Shown here: piece by piece, positions 49,836 to 60,234 of the stretch
Layout: the number at the start of each line of letters is the position of its first letter
Position numbering within the stretch: the first letter of the stretch is position 1
NCBI GenBank assembly: GCA_943788915.1
Contig: CALSSD010000004.1
Location: 1-64,000, forward strand
Length of the DNA stretch: 64,000 nt
Reading direction: 5' to 3'
DNA from: an uncultured Acidimicrobiales bacterium
Lineage (GTDB): Bacteria > Actinomycetota > Acidimicrobiia > Acidimicrobiales > UBA10347
Made by a program: the position numbers and the translations under genes
The notes under the pieces: generated by a model
What the model was told of the DNA's origin: nothing
The model's input: the letters and a program-made list of their open reading frames with translations, nothing else
The model's database searches: none

Positions 49836-49866
49836 GACGTTGGGACAGTACCTGAGACGTTGGGAC
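49827..49866. repeat. Exact 20-bp tandem duplication agtacctgagacgttgggac x2 spanning the corA stop
   Basis: Copies at 49827-49846 and 49847-49866. Confidence 0.92.
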
Positions 49867-49909
49867 AACCGCCGTCTACATTTTTAGTTCAGGGTCTTGA
49901 GCCGAGGAT

Positions 49910-50400
49910 CTACAGCCCAGGTGCGATCTGTTCGTCGAGCCAACGGAGAAGCTGCTCGCGTTCTCGACGGGTTGTTCCTGTTCCGGGCACATAGCTGGTG
50001 CGTCGAGCTTCGCGGTCAAGCCAAAATTGCCCTGGCTTCGCGTGGCTCGGGCGTACGCCACTGCGCGCTTGTAGCTCTGCTCGGACATCTCGAGGCGTTG
50101 CACATCGAGCCTTTGGGTATACATGCCGCCCGATGACATAAAGATGACCCGGGCTCCAGAGGTGAGCCTGGGTGTGAGCAATGTGGTGAGCAGATACGGG
50201 CCGACCAGATGCGACGACAACGTCAGTTCCCTACCTCGGTCATCGGTTTGATAGGCGAGGAGAAGCGCGCCGGCGTTGTGGGCGATCTCGATAGTTGCGC
50301 TGCATTTTCGAAGTGCGGCCACGAACGTTTTGATCGAGGAGAAACTCGATGTGTCGAGCGATAACCCAGTGGCGGTTCCCCTTCGGACCGCGCCAGGGTT
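49910..50400 (-). pseudogene. SDR oxidoreductase remnant
   Basis: HNAG, GPYLLT, SSGGMYTQRL and YARAT remain, then an out-of-frame jump to a C-terminal GQFWLDR...QLLRWL segment. No N-terminal TGxxxGxG. The 5' boundary is approximate. Confidence 0.75.
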
Positions 50401-50484
50401 GGGACTGGGGCCGGGATCAGCGCTGGCTAGTTCGGAGGCAGTAGTTTGGGCGCGATCTTTGGTGGAGGCTCGACAGTATCGGGG

Positions 50485-50769
50485 TCATGACGAGCGTTTC
50501 TTCTTGGCCCGTTTTGAATAAACACCAGCGAACTCCCAGATCACGACACCGGCCACAGCCGAGAGCACCATCATCAGGAACTGACTGAGTTTGAAGTCCC
50601 ACGAGAGAAATTCGATCGTCACACTCTCGGTGTTCTGGACCGCGAAGATGATGAAGATCGCAACGATCGTGGCCGCGAGAACAAGCCGGGCAATGAGAGC
50701 CTTGTTGAGCGGTTCGTGGGTTTCTTGTTTCGCTAGTGGTTGATGGTTTTCATTGTCAAGGTTGTCCAC
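50485..50769 (-). CDS. LapA/DUF1049 family small membrane protein
   Basis: IFAVQNTESVTIEFLSW between two TM helices. Confidence 0.88.
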   Translation of the reverse strand: MDNLDNENHQPLAKQETHEPLNKALIARLVLAATIVAIFIIFAVQNTESVTIEFLSWDFKLSQFLMMVLSAVAGVVIWEFAGVYSKRAKKKRSS

Positions 50770-50871
50770 CCCGCGACTATCGCACATGCATCATCTGAGC
50801 GCACATGACTGGCGGATGCAACTTCGTATCGTGTTCACCCGGTTGCGGATTGATCGCGCCATACTGTCGCC

Positions 50872-51735
50872 ATGATGGCAATGTGGTTGCAGGTGGAGGC
50901 TGGCGAACGCGCGGTCACCACCACCGATCTCATCGTGATCGGATCGGTCATCGTTGCGACAATTGGTGCCAGCCGGCTCATCCGGCCAGTAACAAGATCC
51001 ACGCTGACATGGGTTGCACGCCGCAGCGCGGGAGGGTCCGGACGATGGAGAGTGCGCGCGCCTCGTGTGTTCGGTGAGACGGTTGAACAAGCGGAACTTC
51101 GTCGCCAGCAACGGATTGCGGCGACAGCAGCAGGTCTGTCGCGCGTCCTCAGTGCGGTGTTGTGGGTTATTGCAATGCTTATCGTGCTCGATCGGGCCGA
51201 GATCGATCCCGTCTTCGCAATCAGCGGCGCTGGGTTTCTTGGTGTTGCGATAGCAATTGGCGGTCAGCACAGCGTGAACGATTTCCTCACTGGACTCCAC
51301 ATACTGCTCGAAGACCGGTTCGGTGAAGGCGATCAGTTACGGGTGAAGGTCGGCGACGACGAAATGACGCTGACGGTGGTACATCTTGGTGCGTTTGCTA
51401 CCCGGCTGGAAGATGGTACGGCAACACTTCACATTCCGAATCGCGAAATGACGACGGTGGCGAACCTGTCGCAGCGTGGGTCAACGACCGAGTTGGCGTT
51501 TGAACCAACGGCCGAGATCCAAGCAGTCAACCCCAAGTCCGATGTCGAAGCTGCAGTCCGGGCCCGCTACAGCAAGACCCGTGGTTTCGATGGCAGCCGC
51601 GACGGCATCGTGGTTGACTCCATTGATGAAGACAGTGGGGCATTCACCGTGCGAGTCCGAACGGCTCGCCCCTTGTCTGATACGCAACGCAATGCACTCA
51701 CTCGACGGTCCGAAGAGCCGCCGCTCATCGACTAA
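50872..51735 (+). CDS. MscS family mechanosensitive channel
   Basis: AGFLGVAIAIGGQHSVNDFLTGLHILLEDRFGEGD and HIPN motifs. Confidence 0.9.
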   Translation: MMAMWLQVEAGERAVTTTDLIVIGSVIVATIGASRLIRPVTRSTLTWVARRSAGGSGRWRVRAPRVFGETVEQAELRRQQRIAATAAGLSRVLSAVLWVIAMLIVLDRAEIDPVFAISGAGFLGVAIAIGGQHSVNDFLTGLHILLEDRFGEGDQLRVKVGDDEMTLTVVHLGAFATRLEDGTATLHIPNREMTTVANLSQRGSTTELAFEPTAEIQAVNPKSDVEAAVRARYSKTRGFDGSRDGIVVDSIDEDSGAFTVRVRTARPLSDTQRNALTRRSEEPPLID

Positions 51736-51742
51736 CCAGTGG

Positions 51743-52306
51743 CTAGTTGGTCTCAGATTCGGCAAGCCGAGCGAGTAGATCATCACGCACAGACACGCCG
51801 GCTTCGCGAGCCTTTGTGTCGGCGATACGCCAGCCATGGCGAGACGAGTAGACCAGCGGTGGTTCTCCGAGCCGACCTTCGCCGACCGCGGTTACCCGGG
51901 CAAAGAACAAGACATGATCGAGACCTTCGATCCGGTCCTGTTCGATCCGGTCGAAGATTTCACATCGCAACCACGAGATGCAGTTCACCACGATCGGCAA
52001 ACCATCGATCATCTCGATGTACTCGGGCGCGATGTAGTTGAACTTGCGCCCCGGATACGAGAAGTACTGGCCCTCGGCGACCTGATCTCCGGCCAGGATC
52101 GAAACCGAGAACTGGCCCGATGCTTCCATGAGTGGGAACGTGTCGTGTTTCGGTGACACCGAACACAACATGATTGGTTCTTCGAACGACACCTGACTGA
52201 CCCAGTGGGAGCAGTACGCGCGGGTCACCCCGTCATGGGTTGCACCCACAACCTGGACACCCTTGGCCATTTGACCAAGGCAACGCTTTACATCTCTAGC
52301 AATCAC
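51743..52306 (-). CDS. Flavin reductase-like family protein
   Basis: WVSQVSFEEP, FSVSIL, DHVLFFARV and PLVY motifs. Confidence 0.9.
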   Translation of the reverse strand: MIARDVKRCLGQMAKGVQVVGATHDGVTRAYCSHWVSQVSFEEPIMLCSVSPKHDTFPLMEASGQFSVSILAGDQVAEGQYFSYPGRKFNYIAPEYIEMIDGLPIVVNCISWLRCEIFDRIEQDRIEGLDHVLFFARVTAVGEGRLGEPPLVYSSRHGWRIADTKAREAGVSVRDDLLARLAESETN

Positions 52307-52313
52307 AATGTTT

Positions 52314-52470
52314 CCAGGAAGGTGGTGGCCGTGTCCGACGAACGTCGGCCCGAGTGGAGCGGTGAAGTACGGCTGGTTAGGAGCGAGGGACGAGCGGGCC
52401 GCGTCGAGGGACGAGACGCACCAGGAAGGTGGTGGCCGTCTCCGACGAACGTCGGCCCGAGCGGAGCGGT
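52314..52470. repeat. Two 50-bp direct repeats (48/50 identical) separated by 57 bp; REP-like
   Basis: Copies at 52314-52363 and 52421-52470, each with the hairpin ccgacg-aa-cgtcgg. The spacer contains cgagggacgag twice. Confidence 0.9.
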
Positions 52471-53718
52471 TTAACTTTGCGTGCCAACAGTGAGTTCGTT
52501 GAAGGGGACACCCTTGTCGACCGAGATGTCGCGAGGCAGGCCCAGGACTCGGTCACCGATGATGTTCTTCTGGATCTCGTCGGTGCCGCCTGCGATTGAC
52601 GACATGAACGATTGCAGGGCCATGCGGCTCCAGCTCTCGCCATTCTTATCAAAGCCATCGTCGTCGTCGGTCCAGGCAACCATCTGGGGGCCGACGAACT
52701 CGTGCAACATTTCCCGAACGTCCCACATGATGTTGGAACCATGCAACTTGCCGAGCGAACCGCCAGGCCCCGGAGCCTTGCCAGCCTTCATTTCGGCGCG
52801 AGTGCGCATTGCTACCAGCGACTTGGCAGTCTCGTCTGAGTAGATCTTCATGAGCTTCTGGCGCACGATTGGATCGTGGATGAGCCCAAGTTTGGTGGCC
52901 TCATTGCTGAGCCGGTTGTAGAACGGCGTGTTGATGCCGCTCTTTGAGCCGGTGCCGATGGCAACACGTTCGTACATGAGCATGGCAGTGGCTTGATTCC
53001 AGCCATTGTTTAGCTCGCCAAGCAGCCAGGTTGCTGGCACGTGCAGGTCGGTGAAGAACACCTCGTTGAAGTGTTTGCCACCATCGATCTGATGGATCGC
53101 GCGGATCTCGATGGCCGGGTCACGCATGTCGACCATAAACATGGAGATGCCCGCGTGTTTGGCCACGGTTGGATTGGTACGCGCGACGAGAATGCCGTAT
53201 TCGCTCTGATGGGCAAGCGTGGTCCAGACTTTCTGGCCGTTGATGATGTATTGATCACCGTCTCGCTCCGCCTTGGTCTGGAGGCTGGCGACGTCGCTGC
53301 CAGCCCCGGGCTCGGAGAACATCTGGCACCAGATGTCTTCGCCAGCGATACCGCGTGGCATGAACTCGGCCTTGAGTTCGTCGGTGCCAAAGTCGTTCAT
53401 CACTGGCATACACATGCCGTGGCTGATGGTTAGGTCGCCGGTGCAATCCGGGAATCGGGCGTATTCTTCGCGCCATGTGCGCTCGTGTGCTTTGGTCAAC
53501 CCCTGGCCACCGAATTCCTTGGCGTAGGTCAGCCCGGCTAAGCCTGCGTCGTACAGCTTCTTCTGGAAGGCCCGCGAGTGCGCAACCGACTGATCGCTGC
53601 GGGGGTCGGGTCCGTCGAGAACGAGCGGTTTGGCGTTTTCTTCGAGAAAGTCGCGGCAGCGTTGACGAAAGGCATCCATGTCGGCGGTGGCGTCGACGGT
53701 GGCATCGGTCGTAGTCAT
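52471..53718 (-). CDS. Acyl-CoA dehydrogenase family protein
   Basis: WCQMFSEPGAGSDVA, NGQKVWT, FNEVFF and IAGGTDEIQKNII motifs; GGAGGA before ATG 53718. Confidence 0.95.
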   Translation of the reverse strand: MTTTDATVDATADMDAFRQRCRDFLEENAKPLVLDGPDPRSDQSVAHSRAFQKKLYDAGLAGLTYAKEFGGQGLTKAHERTWREEYARFPDCTGDLTISHGMCMPVMNDFGTDELKAEFMPRGIAGEDIWCQMFSEPGAGSDVASLQTKAERDGDQYIINGQKVWTTLAHQSEYGILVARTNPTVAKHAGISMFMVDMRDPAIEIRAIHQIDGGKHFNEVFFTDLHVPATWLLGELNNGWNQATAMLMYERVAIGTGSKSGINTPFYNRLSNEATKLGLIHDPIVRQKLMKIYSDETAKSLVAMRTRAEMKAGKAPGPGGSLGKLHGSNIMWDVREMLHEFVGPQMVAWTDDDDGFDKNGESWSRMALQSFMSSIAGGTDEIQKNIIGDRVLGLPRDISVDKGVPFNELTVGTQS

Positions 53719-53978
53719 GTTGAGATCCTCCGTCGGCCAAGCTAGCGCCCCGTTCAACGCGGGCGGAAGCCGACGTGCAACTTCGATTTCAACCGCGGAG
53801 AGGTAGCGGCTGCCGTCACCTGCTGTGACGGGTCCGGGACTGGGGTTTCAGCAACGAGATTCGTGACGACCGCCGTGGCAAGGCATCAGGGGCGGAGACG
53901 TATCGAAGACACCACTGGCGCATGGACTGTCGCCGTCGATCCGCTACTCCCCAACAGCACGAGTGTTTCTGCCAACGG

Positions 53979-55136
53979 CTACTTGCTTATCTGTGAAACC
54001 GACGGCGTGATCGAAGCTGAGTTCTCACTACGGGCAGCCGCGTGGTCATCCAAATATTCGGTGTCGTACATGTCCAGGTGGAGGGCAGGCGACCAGAAGC
54101 CGCGGGGGCAAAGAAGCGCATCGATCATGTGCTCCATCGGGGGCGCAAACCGGTTGCGGAATGCGGCAGCGCGCCGTAATGCGACATCTTGGGGGAGCAA
54201 CTCGAACCCGTGTGCTTCGAGCCGGGTGTAGAGATCGCCGAACGAGGTTATGTCTTGGACTTCGTTGGGGTGGCGGCTGCGTTCTGCGGCGTAGGTCGAC
54301 ATGTCGACACCGTGGGTCAACTCCTCGAACAAGGAAATGATTCGGCGAAGTAACCAGTACGACTCGGTGCGACCGGTGCACTGCACGATGATTTGGGCAT
54401 GCACTGCGGTGTCAGCCAGCAGGCCCAGAGCGGTGACCCAGTTCTGGCGCCGATCATGGGATCGAAAGAACAGCAGCATGGGCAAGGTCGAATGGGTCTC
54501 ATGAATGCCGGCAACCCATTCTTCCCAATCAGCCAGTTTGGCGTTGAGCCGGTCGGTATCGCCGTTGGGTGCCCACGCGATCACCAGATTGGTAGGAGTA
54601 ATACGATCGTCGGAACCATCGTCGATCGTTATTAGCTTCTTCTCCCGTTCGGAGTATGCGCTGTACAGCGATGGCAAATAACCCACAACCAATGCGGTGG
54701 TGATGACACCGCAGCCTGCTTCGAGCAGGGCTCCCACTCGGGGGCCAGCGTGGGCGGGAAGCACTTCGCCGAAGCCGACGGTGAAGTACACAACACCGGA
54801 GTAATAGAACGAGTCGGCAAACGATGACACACCTTCGACACCGTCGACGGCCCACCAGATGAGAGCGAAACCGAGGATCTGTTGCACGACCCAAATGGCC
54901 AGCATGATCAGGATCAGCAACGGTCCAAGTGCCGACAACACCCGCTCTCGAACCGGGGACGCCTCGGGGAGTCGTTGGGCCACGATCCGGGCAGCCCGGA
55001 GCAGCAATCGAGCGACGATCCGACTCAACCACCATCGGCTCTTGACCGTCGAGGTGGTGACCAGCGTGTTGATGAGATCGGCGAACGCTGCGACAACAAG
55101 CGTGATGCCGACCATGATTGCCAACGCGTCAATCAT
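53979..55136 (-). CDS. Potassium channel family (Ion_trans_2-type) membrane protein
   Basis: Pore motif YYSGVVYFTVGFGE flanked by TM helices; YSAYSERE. Confidence 0.85.
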   Translation of the reverse strand: MIDALAIMVGITLVVAAFADLINTLVTTSTVKSRWWLSRIVARLLLRAARIVAQRLPEASPVRERVLSALGPLLILIMLAIWVVQQILGFALIWWAVDGVEGVSSFADSFYYSGVVYFTVGFGEVLPAHAGPRVGALLEAGCGVITTALVVGYLPSLYSAYSEREKKLITIDDGSDDRITPTNLVIAWAPNGDTDRLNAKLADWEEWVAGIHETHSTLPMLLFFRSHDRRQNWVTALGLLADTAVHAQIIVQCTGRTESYWLLRRIISLFEELTHGVDMSTYAAERSRHPNEVQDITSFGDLYTRLEAHGFELLPQDVALRRAAAFRNRFAPPMEHMIDALLCPRGFWSPALHLDMYDTEYLDDHAAARSENSASITPSVSQISK

Positions 55137-55157
55137 CCCGTCTCCCAGAGTGGTTGT

Positions 55158-56766
55158 TCAGACTCGGCGGCCGAATGAGTCGACGGCTTCGTCGGCCATC
55201 AACCGTTCGAGTGTGGCTTCCGGTTTGTCCTGGGCTACTTGGCGAACTCGGAAGGCTGACTCAAACAGCGCCCAGATGGCGCCATCGGAACGTTCGACGA
55301 TTTCGACACCACGCAGACCACGGAGTAGCGGTATGGACTCGGCGTCGGTGACTCGAGCCACCGAGTAACTCGTTGGTGAGAGTTCTACCGGCGCATTAAA
55401 TTCGTTTTCGAGTCGGTGTTTCGCTACTTCGAACTGCAGTGGACCAACGGCAGCGAAGATGGGTGCCTGGTCGCCAACGTCGGGAATGCGCAGCACCTGG
55501 ACGACACCTTCTTCGTCGAGTTGTGCAACACCAGAGCGAAACTGTTTGAACTTGCCGGTGTCTTTGGCTCGAGCGACCATGAAGTTGGTCGGAGCGAACG
55601 CTGGCATAGGGCGCCATTCGACAGGTTCGTCGACATAGACGGCATCGCCAGGGCGGAAGCCGTTGGCGTTGACCAAACCAATGACATCGCCGGGAAAAGC
55701 TTCGTCGAGTGTCTCGCGGTCAGATCCCTGAACCGAATGCACATACTTGGTGGTGACGGATCGCTGGCTCGGCCCGTGGATGATCGTCATACCCCGCTCG
55801 AACCGGCCGGACGCCACTCGGAGAAACGCAATGCGGTCTCGGTGGTTCTTGTCGGTGTTGGCCTGAACCTTGAATACATGACCGCTGAAGGGTGAGTCGA
55901 TGGGCCGAGGATCATCGTTGATGTCGAGGCGGGCTGGGGGAGACGGAACAAGGTCGACGACGGCGTCGAGGAGACGGCCAACACCGAAGTTGGTGAGCGC
56001 CGAACCAAAGAAAACCGGGGAGAGTTCACCGGCTTCGAACTTCTCTCGATCAAAGACTCGATCCACAGCATCGAGCAATTCGACCCCTTCGAGTGCTTCG
56101 GTCGCAAGCGCATTGTCCATGAGCGCAGGACTGTCGATCGGGCTGACCAGCTCAGGGGCGATGGTTGAACCGTGTGCCACCCGGGTGAACTGCACGTATT
56201 CGTTCCGCAGCCGATCAATCACGCCATCGAATGTGGTGGATTCGCCCACGGGCCAGGTCACTGGGGCCGGCTCCAGGATCAGATCGCGTTCGATCTCGTC
56301 GAGAAGATCCCACGGGTCGCGCCCTGGGACGATCCCATTTGTTGATGAACGTCACGATGGGCACGTCCCGTTCGCGGCAGACCTCGAACAACCGGCGAGT
56401 CTGCGGTTCGATGCCTTTACCGGCGTCGAGCACCATGATGGCGGCGTCGGTCGCGGCGAGCACCCGGAATGTGTCTTCGCTGAAGTCCTTGTGACCAGGC
56501 GTGTCGAGCAGGTTCAGCAGGCAGTCGCGGTACGGGAAACGCATGACCGTCGAGCTGATCGAAATGCCACGCTGCTGTTCGATCTCTTGCCAGTCGCTGG
56601 CGGCGGACTTGCCGCCGCGGCGAGCCGCCACCGAACCTGCACCCGCCGTAAGCACACCGGAGTACAGCAGGAACTTCTCGGTCAGGGTGGTCTTGCCCGC
56701 GTCGGGGTGGGAGATGATGGCGAAGGTACGCCGCCGAGCGGTTTCCTCGATGATCTGATTGGTCAT
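55158..56766 (-). CDS. prfC: Peptide chain release factor 3, interrupted by a +1 frameshift at ~56327
   Basis: [21 protein letters not shown] and NKWD are in one frame; [23 protein letters not shown] and VGPLQFEV are in the next. Deleting one C from CGT CCC AGG gives [15 protein letters not shown]. Confidence 0.93.
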
Positions 56767-56812
56767 GCGCTTGGTCTCTTCGGTTGATCGCCCAGTTGGT
56801 ACTGCAGTACAG

Positions 56813-58444
56813 CTAGGAGCTACAGGACAACATGGAACAGCCTGCCCGTTCCCGCGCCCATTCCGGCCGCTTGGTGAAGAACTCGGCGTGGTGTTCTGGC
56901 TGTTCATCGTAGGGATACCGAAGTAGATCGAGCAGCTTGGCCACGCCGGAGAAGTCTCCCTGGTCGACCTGGTCGATGGCGAGTTGGGCCATCCAGTTGC
57001 GCAGTACGTATTTGGGATTGACGGCATCCATGGCCAGCTTGCGTTCTTCGGCTGAACGAGCATCGACATCACAGCGGTCGGCCCAGGCTCGGAGCCACTC
57101 GCCCATTTCCTCGATTGCTCGTTCGGTGGGTTCGCTGTACCACGCGTCGGCTATTGGTTGCACGAGGTCGTAATCGCTCAGATCTTCCGCGTTTTCCACA
57201 TCTACCTGGGCCAAGTTGCGATGGAAGATGGTCATGTCGGTTTCCATGATCTGAAGCACACGACCAAGCTCACCGAAGAGGGCATTGTCATCGTCGCCAG
57301 CGAAACCAATAAAACCGAGACGTTCGGCCATCATCGCGTTCCAGCCATCGCCGAATTCGACGGCGTAGGTGTCCAGTACTTCTTCGAGTGGTTGGACGTT
57401 GTCGCCGTACAGCGGAGCGATTGCGTTTGCCAGTTGCACGAGATTCCAGTGCGCGGCCGATGGCTGGTTGCCGTACCGATATCGACGACCCTGGGCATCG
57501 GTCGTGTTCGGAGTCCAGTCAGGATCAAAACCCTCGAGCCAGCCGTACGGGCCGTAATCAATGGTGAGGCCGAGTATCGACATGTTGTCGGTGTTCATCA
57601 CCCCGTGGACGAAACCGATCCGCATCCAGTCGACGATCATCTCGGCGGTCAATCGCACAACCTCGGCAAACCAGTCGGTGATCACATCGAGTGGCTGTTC
57701 ACCGTTGCCCTCGGCAAGGTCAGGGAAGTCGGTGCGTATTGTCCAGTCGACCAGTCGACGTAACTCGTCGAATTCACCACGGGTTGGGAAGAGTTCGAAG
57801 TTACCGAAACGGACAAACGACGGGCTGACCCGACACACCACGGCCCCGAGTTCAGGGGCGGGATTACCGTCGTAGAACATGTCGCGCATGATTGGATCAC
57901 CGGTCAAGGTGAGACTGAGTGCTCGAGTGGTGGGAACCCCGAGATGGAACATTGCCTCGCTGCAGAGAAATTCGCGAACCGAAGATCGCATAACTGCGTA
58001 GCCATCACCCCGCCGGGAGTAGGGCGTGGGACCGGCACCTTTGAGCTGCAACGTCTGATGGCCGTCGTCCGGGGTGAGGACTTCGCCGAGAGCAATAGCT
58101 CGACCGTCGCCGAGCTGGCCGGCCCAGTTCCCAAACTGATGGCCGCCGTAACACATGGCGTAGGGATCCATATCGGCAGTGATCAGATTGCCGGTGAAGA
58201 GCTGCGCAAACTCATGGGACTGGGCTTGTTCATCGCTGATGTCGAGCATCTCGGCGACTTCGGGCGAATACACCACCAATTCGGGTGCCGATGCTGCGGT
58301 GGGGGTGACCCGGCTGAAGCATGCGCCATTGACCTGACGTCGGACATTGTCAAGGTGGTCGTCGGCAGGAAGATCGTGAGTGAAGCGGTTGGTGAAGTGC
58401 AGGCCGAGCGGGTTCGTTCCTGTTTTACGAGAGGCAGCAGTCAT
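56813..58444 (-). CDS. selO: Protein adenylyltransferase SelO/YdiU
   Basis: [39 protein letters not shown] and NPKYVLRN motifs; C-terminal CSMLSCSS. Confidence 0.97.
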   Translation of the reverse strand: MTAASRKTGTNPLGLHFTNRFTHDLPADDHLDNVRRQVNGACFSRVTPTAASAPELVVYSPEVAEMLDISDEQAQSHEFAQLFTGNLITADMDPYAMCYGGHQFGNWAGQLGDGRAIALGEVLTPDDGHQTLQLKGAGPTPYSRRGDGYAVMRSSVREFLCSEAMFHLGVPTTRALSLTLTGDPIMRDMFYDGNPAPELGAVVCRVSPSFVRFGNFELFPTRGEFDELRRLVDWTIRTDFPDLAEGNGEQPLDVITDWFAEVVRLTAEMIVDWMRIGFVHGVMNTDNMSILGLTIDYGPYGWLEGFDPDWTPNTTDAQGRRYRYGNQPSAAHWNLVQLANAIAPLYGDNVQPLEEVLDTYAVEFGDGWNAMMAERLGFIGFAGDDDNALFGELGRVLQIMETDMTIFHRNLAQVDVENAEDLSDYDLVQPIADAWYSEPTERAIEEMGEWLRAWADRCDVDARSAEERKLAMDAVNPKYVLRNWMAQLAIDQVDQGDFSGVAKLLDLLRYPYDEQPEHHAEFFTKRPEWARERAGCSMLSCSS

Positions 58445-58488
58445 TATTTGTTTCTATCAGCACGCTTCCGCGCCGCTATGTTTGCCGG

Positions 58489-59475
58489 GTGACTGATGGT
58501 TCAGCTCAGGCGCCGGCGGGCTGGTACAACGACCCGCATTCGCCGGATCGCATGCGATATTTCGATGGCGAGATGTGGACCAACCACTTCCACGAGCCAG
58601 GAAAGCTGCCCGACATCGGCAGCTGGTTGAGCAGCACTTTTTCTGTCTTTGGCAACTATTGGCAGGGAGCCGCGGCAGTAGCTCTCATTGTACAAATCGC
58701 TGGCAGCCTGGTGATCTGGGGCGGCGTGTTGTTTGCCGCTCGCGACATAGCGATCGTGAACGAAGAGCTGGTCAATTTCACGGCTGGCACGGCGGTGATC
58801 ATCATTGTGTTGATCGTTGCAGGCATCGTGATGCAAGGTATTGGCTGGCTTGCGATGAGCCGATTCCTGCATCGGGCGCATTACCAGGCGAACCCAACTG
58901 TCGCGGATGCGTTCAGCCATGCTCTGCGCCGGCTGCCCCGGTTTCTGGGTGTCATGGTGATGTTGATCCTTGCCGGGTTCGTGGCAATCATGGTGATTGC
59001 TGTGGTCACGGTCGCGGTTGCGCCGGTTGGGGTGTTGCTCATCGTTGCGGCGATTCCGGTAGTGATCTGGGCCGCGACCAAGCTGGCGTTTGTGTTCAAC
59101 GCGGTGGCGATAGCTCCAACAAATGTGTCGGCGATTCGGGCATCGGCCGAGGTGTCCGGGGGGCGTTTTTGGTCAGTTTTTGGCCGGATCTTCCTCTTCA
59201 CCCTGGCGCTTGGCCTTTCGGTCAATGTGGTGACCGCCACGCTTGGTGGGCTGGCCTCGTTCGTTGATCCAAACGCGGTTGCTTTGAACTTCGAAATCCA
59301 GAACGATGATTTCTTGGTTCAGGATTTCAAGGTTGTCGACCTGTTGCCCTCCTCTGGTGAATTCGTAGTGGCACTGGTGATCAGCAGCGTCATCCAGGCG
59401 GCGAGCGGGCTGATCAGTACGTCAGCATTCGTCCGGCTGTACCTCGATAGCGGCGCGCCAGCAGAACTGGATTAG
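58489..59475 (+). CDS. DUF2510 domain-containing multi-pass membrane protein
   Basis: PAGWYNDP...MRYFDGEMWT followed by about six TM helices. Confidence 0.85.
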   Translation: MTDGSAQAPAGWYNDPHSPDRMRYFDGEMWTNHFHEPGKLPDIGSWLSSTFSVFGNYWQGAAAVALIVQIAGSLVIWGGVLFAARDIAIVNEELVNFTAGTAVIIIVLIVAGIVMQGIGWLAMSRFLHRAHYQANPTVADAFSHALRRLPRFLGVMVMLILAGFVAIMVIAVVTVAVAPVGVLLIVAAIPVVIWAATKLAFVFNAVAIAPTNVSAIRASAEVSGGRFWSVFGRIFLFTLALGLSVNVVTATLGGLASFVDPNAVALNFEIQNDDFLVQDFKVVDLLPSSGEFVVALVISSVIQAASGLISTSAFVRLYLDSGAPAELD

Positions 59476-59493
59476 AAGCGCTGCCGTGCTGAG

Positions 59494-60234
59494 TTAGATG
59501 ACGTCGCGGCGTTGGACCGCAACCAGACCGATACCGGCGGGGACCAAGGCCCACGCGCTGAGGGCCGCAACAGCAGCTGGGCCACTGACGTCGGTTGTGA
59601 CTCCGGCTAGAACCAGGGCGAGGCTGTTCGGCATCCATGATGCGGTGCTGTTGGCCAGTTGCACGATGAGTGGTGGGGCGACGATTAGCATCAGGACCAC
59701 ACCGGTCACGGCACCCCCGACATTGCGGACCACGGCGCCGATGCCGGCTCCGAAGACGGCGCCAGCTGCACCGGCGAACGCCGAAGCTGCGACGATCTGC
59801 ACGACGTGACCAGCCGATATGAGGAAGCCGTATTCGGTCGTCGGCAGCGAGATGGCGACGGCGGAAACCGTGAGCCCGGCACCGACCATGCTCAGAATAG
59901 CGCCACCTACAGCGACCGCACTTACCTGAGCCAGCACGGCGCGATGGCGTCTGGGGGCTGCCAAGAAGGTCGGGACGACGGTGTGGTGCCCGTATTCTCG
60001 GGCCACGGCAATAGCCCCGAAAAGGCTGGCCAAAACGAAACCGTTGGCTGCGAACGCCACCAGTGACTGCTGGTCAACTTCGGTTGAGATGAATGTTTTG
60101 GAGCCGTCGAAGTCGGTTGCGGCAATCACGGCGAACGCGTTGATCGCGGCGATGGCGAACAATGCACCCAGGAACGCCCATGGCATGTTGGTGGTAGTGA
60201 GTTTGCGGAGTTCTGATCGGATGAGTTGTTTCAT
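59494..60234 (-). CDS. ABC-2 type transporter permease
   Basis: IRSELRKL start, EYGHHT...TFLAAPRR and RRDV end. Confidence 0.9.
   Translation of the reverse strand: MKQLIRSELRKLTTTNMPWAFLGALFAIAAINAFAVIAATDFDGSKTFISTEVDQQSLVAFAANGFVLASLFGAIAVAREYGHHTVVPTFLAAPRRHRAVLAQVSAVAVGGAILSMVGAGLTVSAVAISLPTTEYGFLISAGHVVQIVAASAFAGAAGAVFGAGIGAVVRNVGGAVTGVVLMLIVAPPLIVQLANSTASWMPNSLALVLAGVTTDVSGPAAVAALSAWALVPAGIGLVAVQRRDVI

Noticed and set aside
52314..52470. Possible mini CRISPR array
   Set aside because: Only two repeats of 50 bp, the spacer is itself repetitive, and there is no cas gene or leader in the window.
53720..53978. Riboswitch or ncRNA upstream of the acyl-CoA dehydrogenase
   Set aside because: Only a 7-bp hairpin (53813-53831) is visible, and I recognise no Rfam-type motif. 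A covariance search would be needed.
56799..56816. IS481-like end CAGTACAGCTAG and palindrome gtactgcagtac
   Set aside because: It is short, overlaps the selO stop codon, and has no partner end or transposase.
56813..56840. Selenocysteine in SelO
   Set aside because: The C-terminus is CSMLSCSS followed by TAG, with no in-frame TGA, so it is the Cys form.
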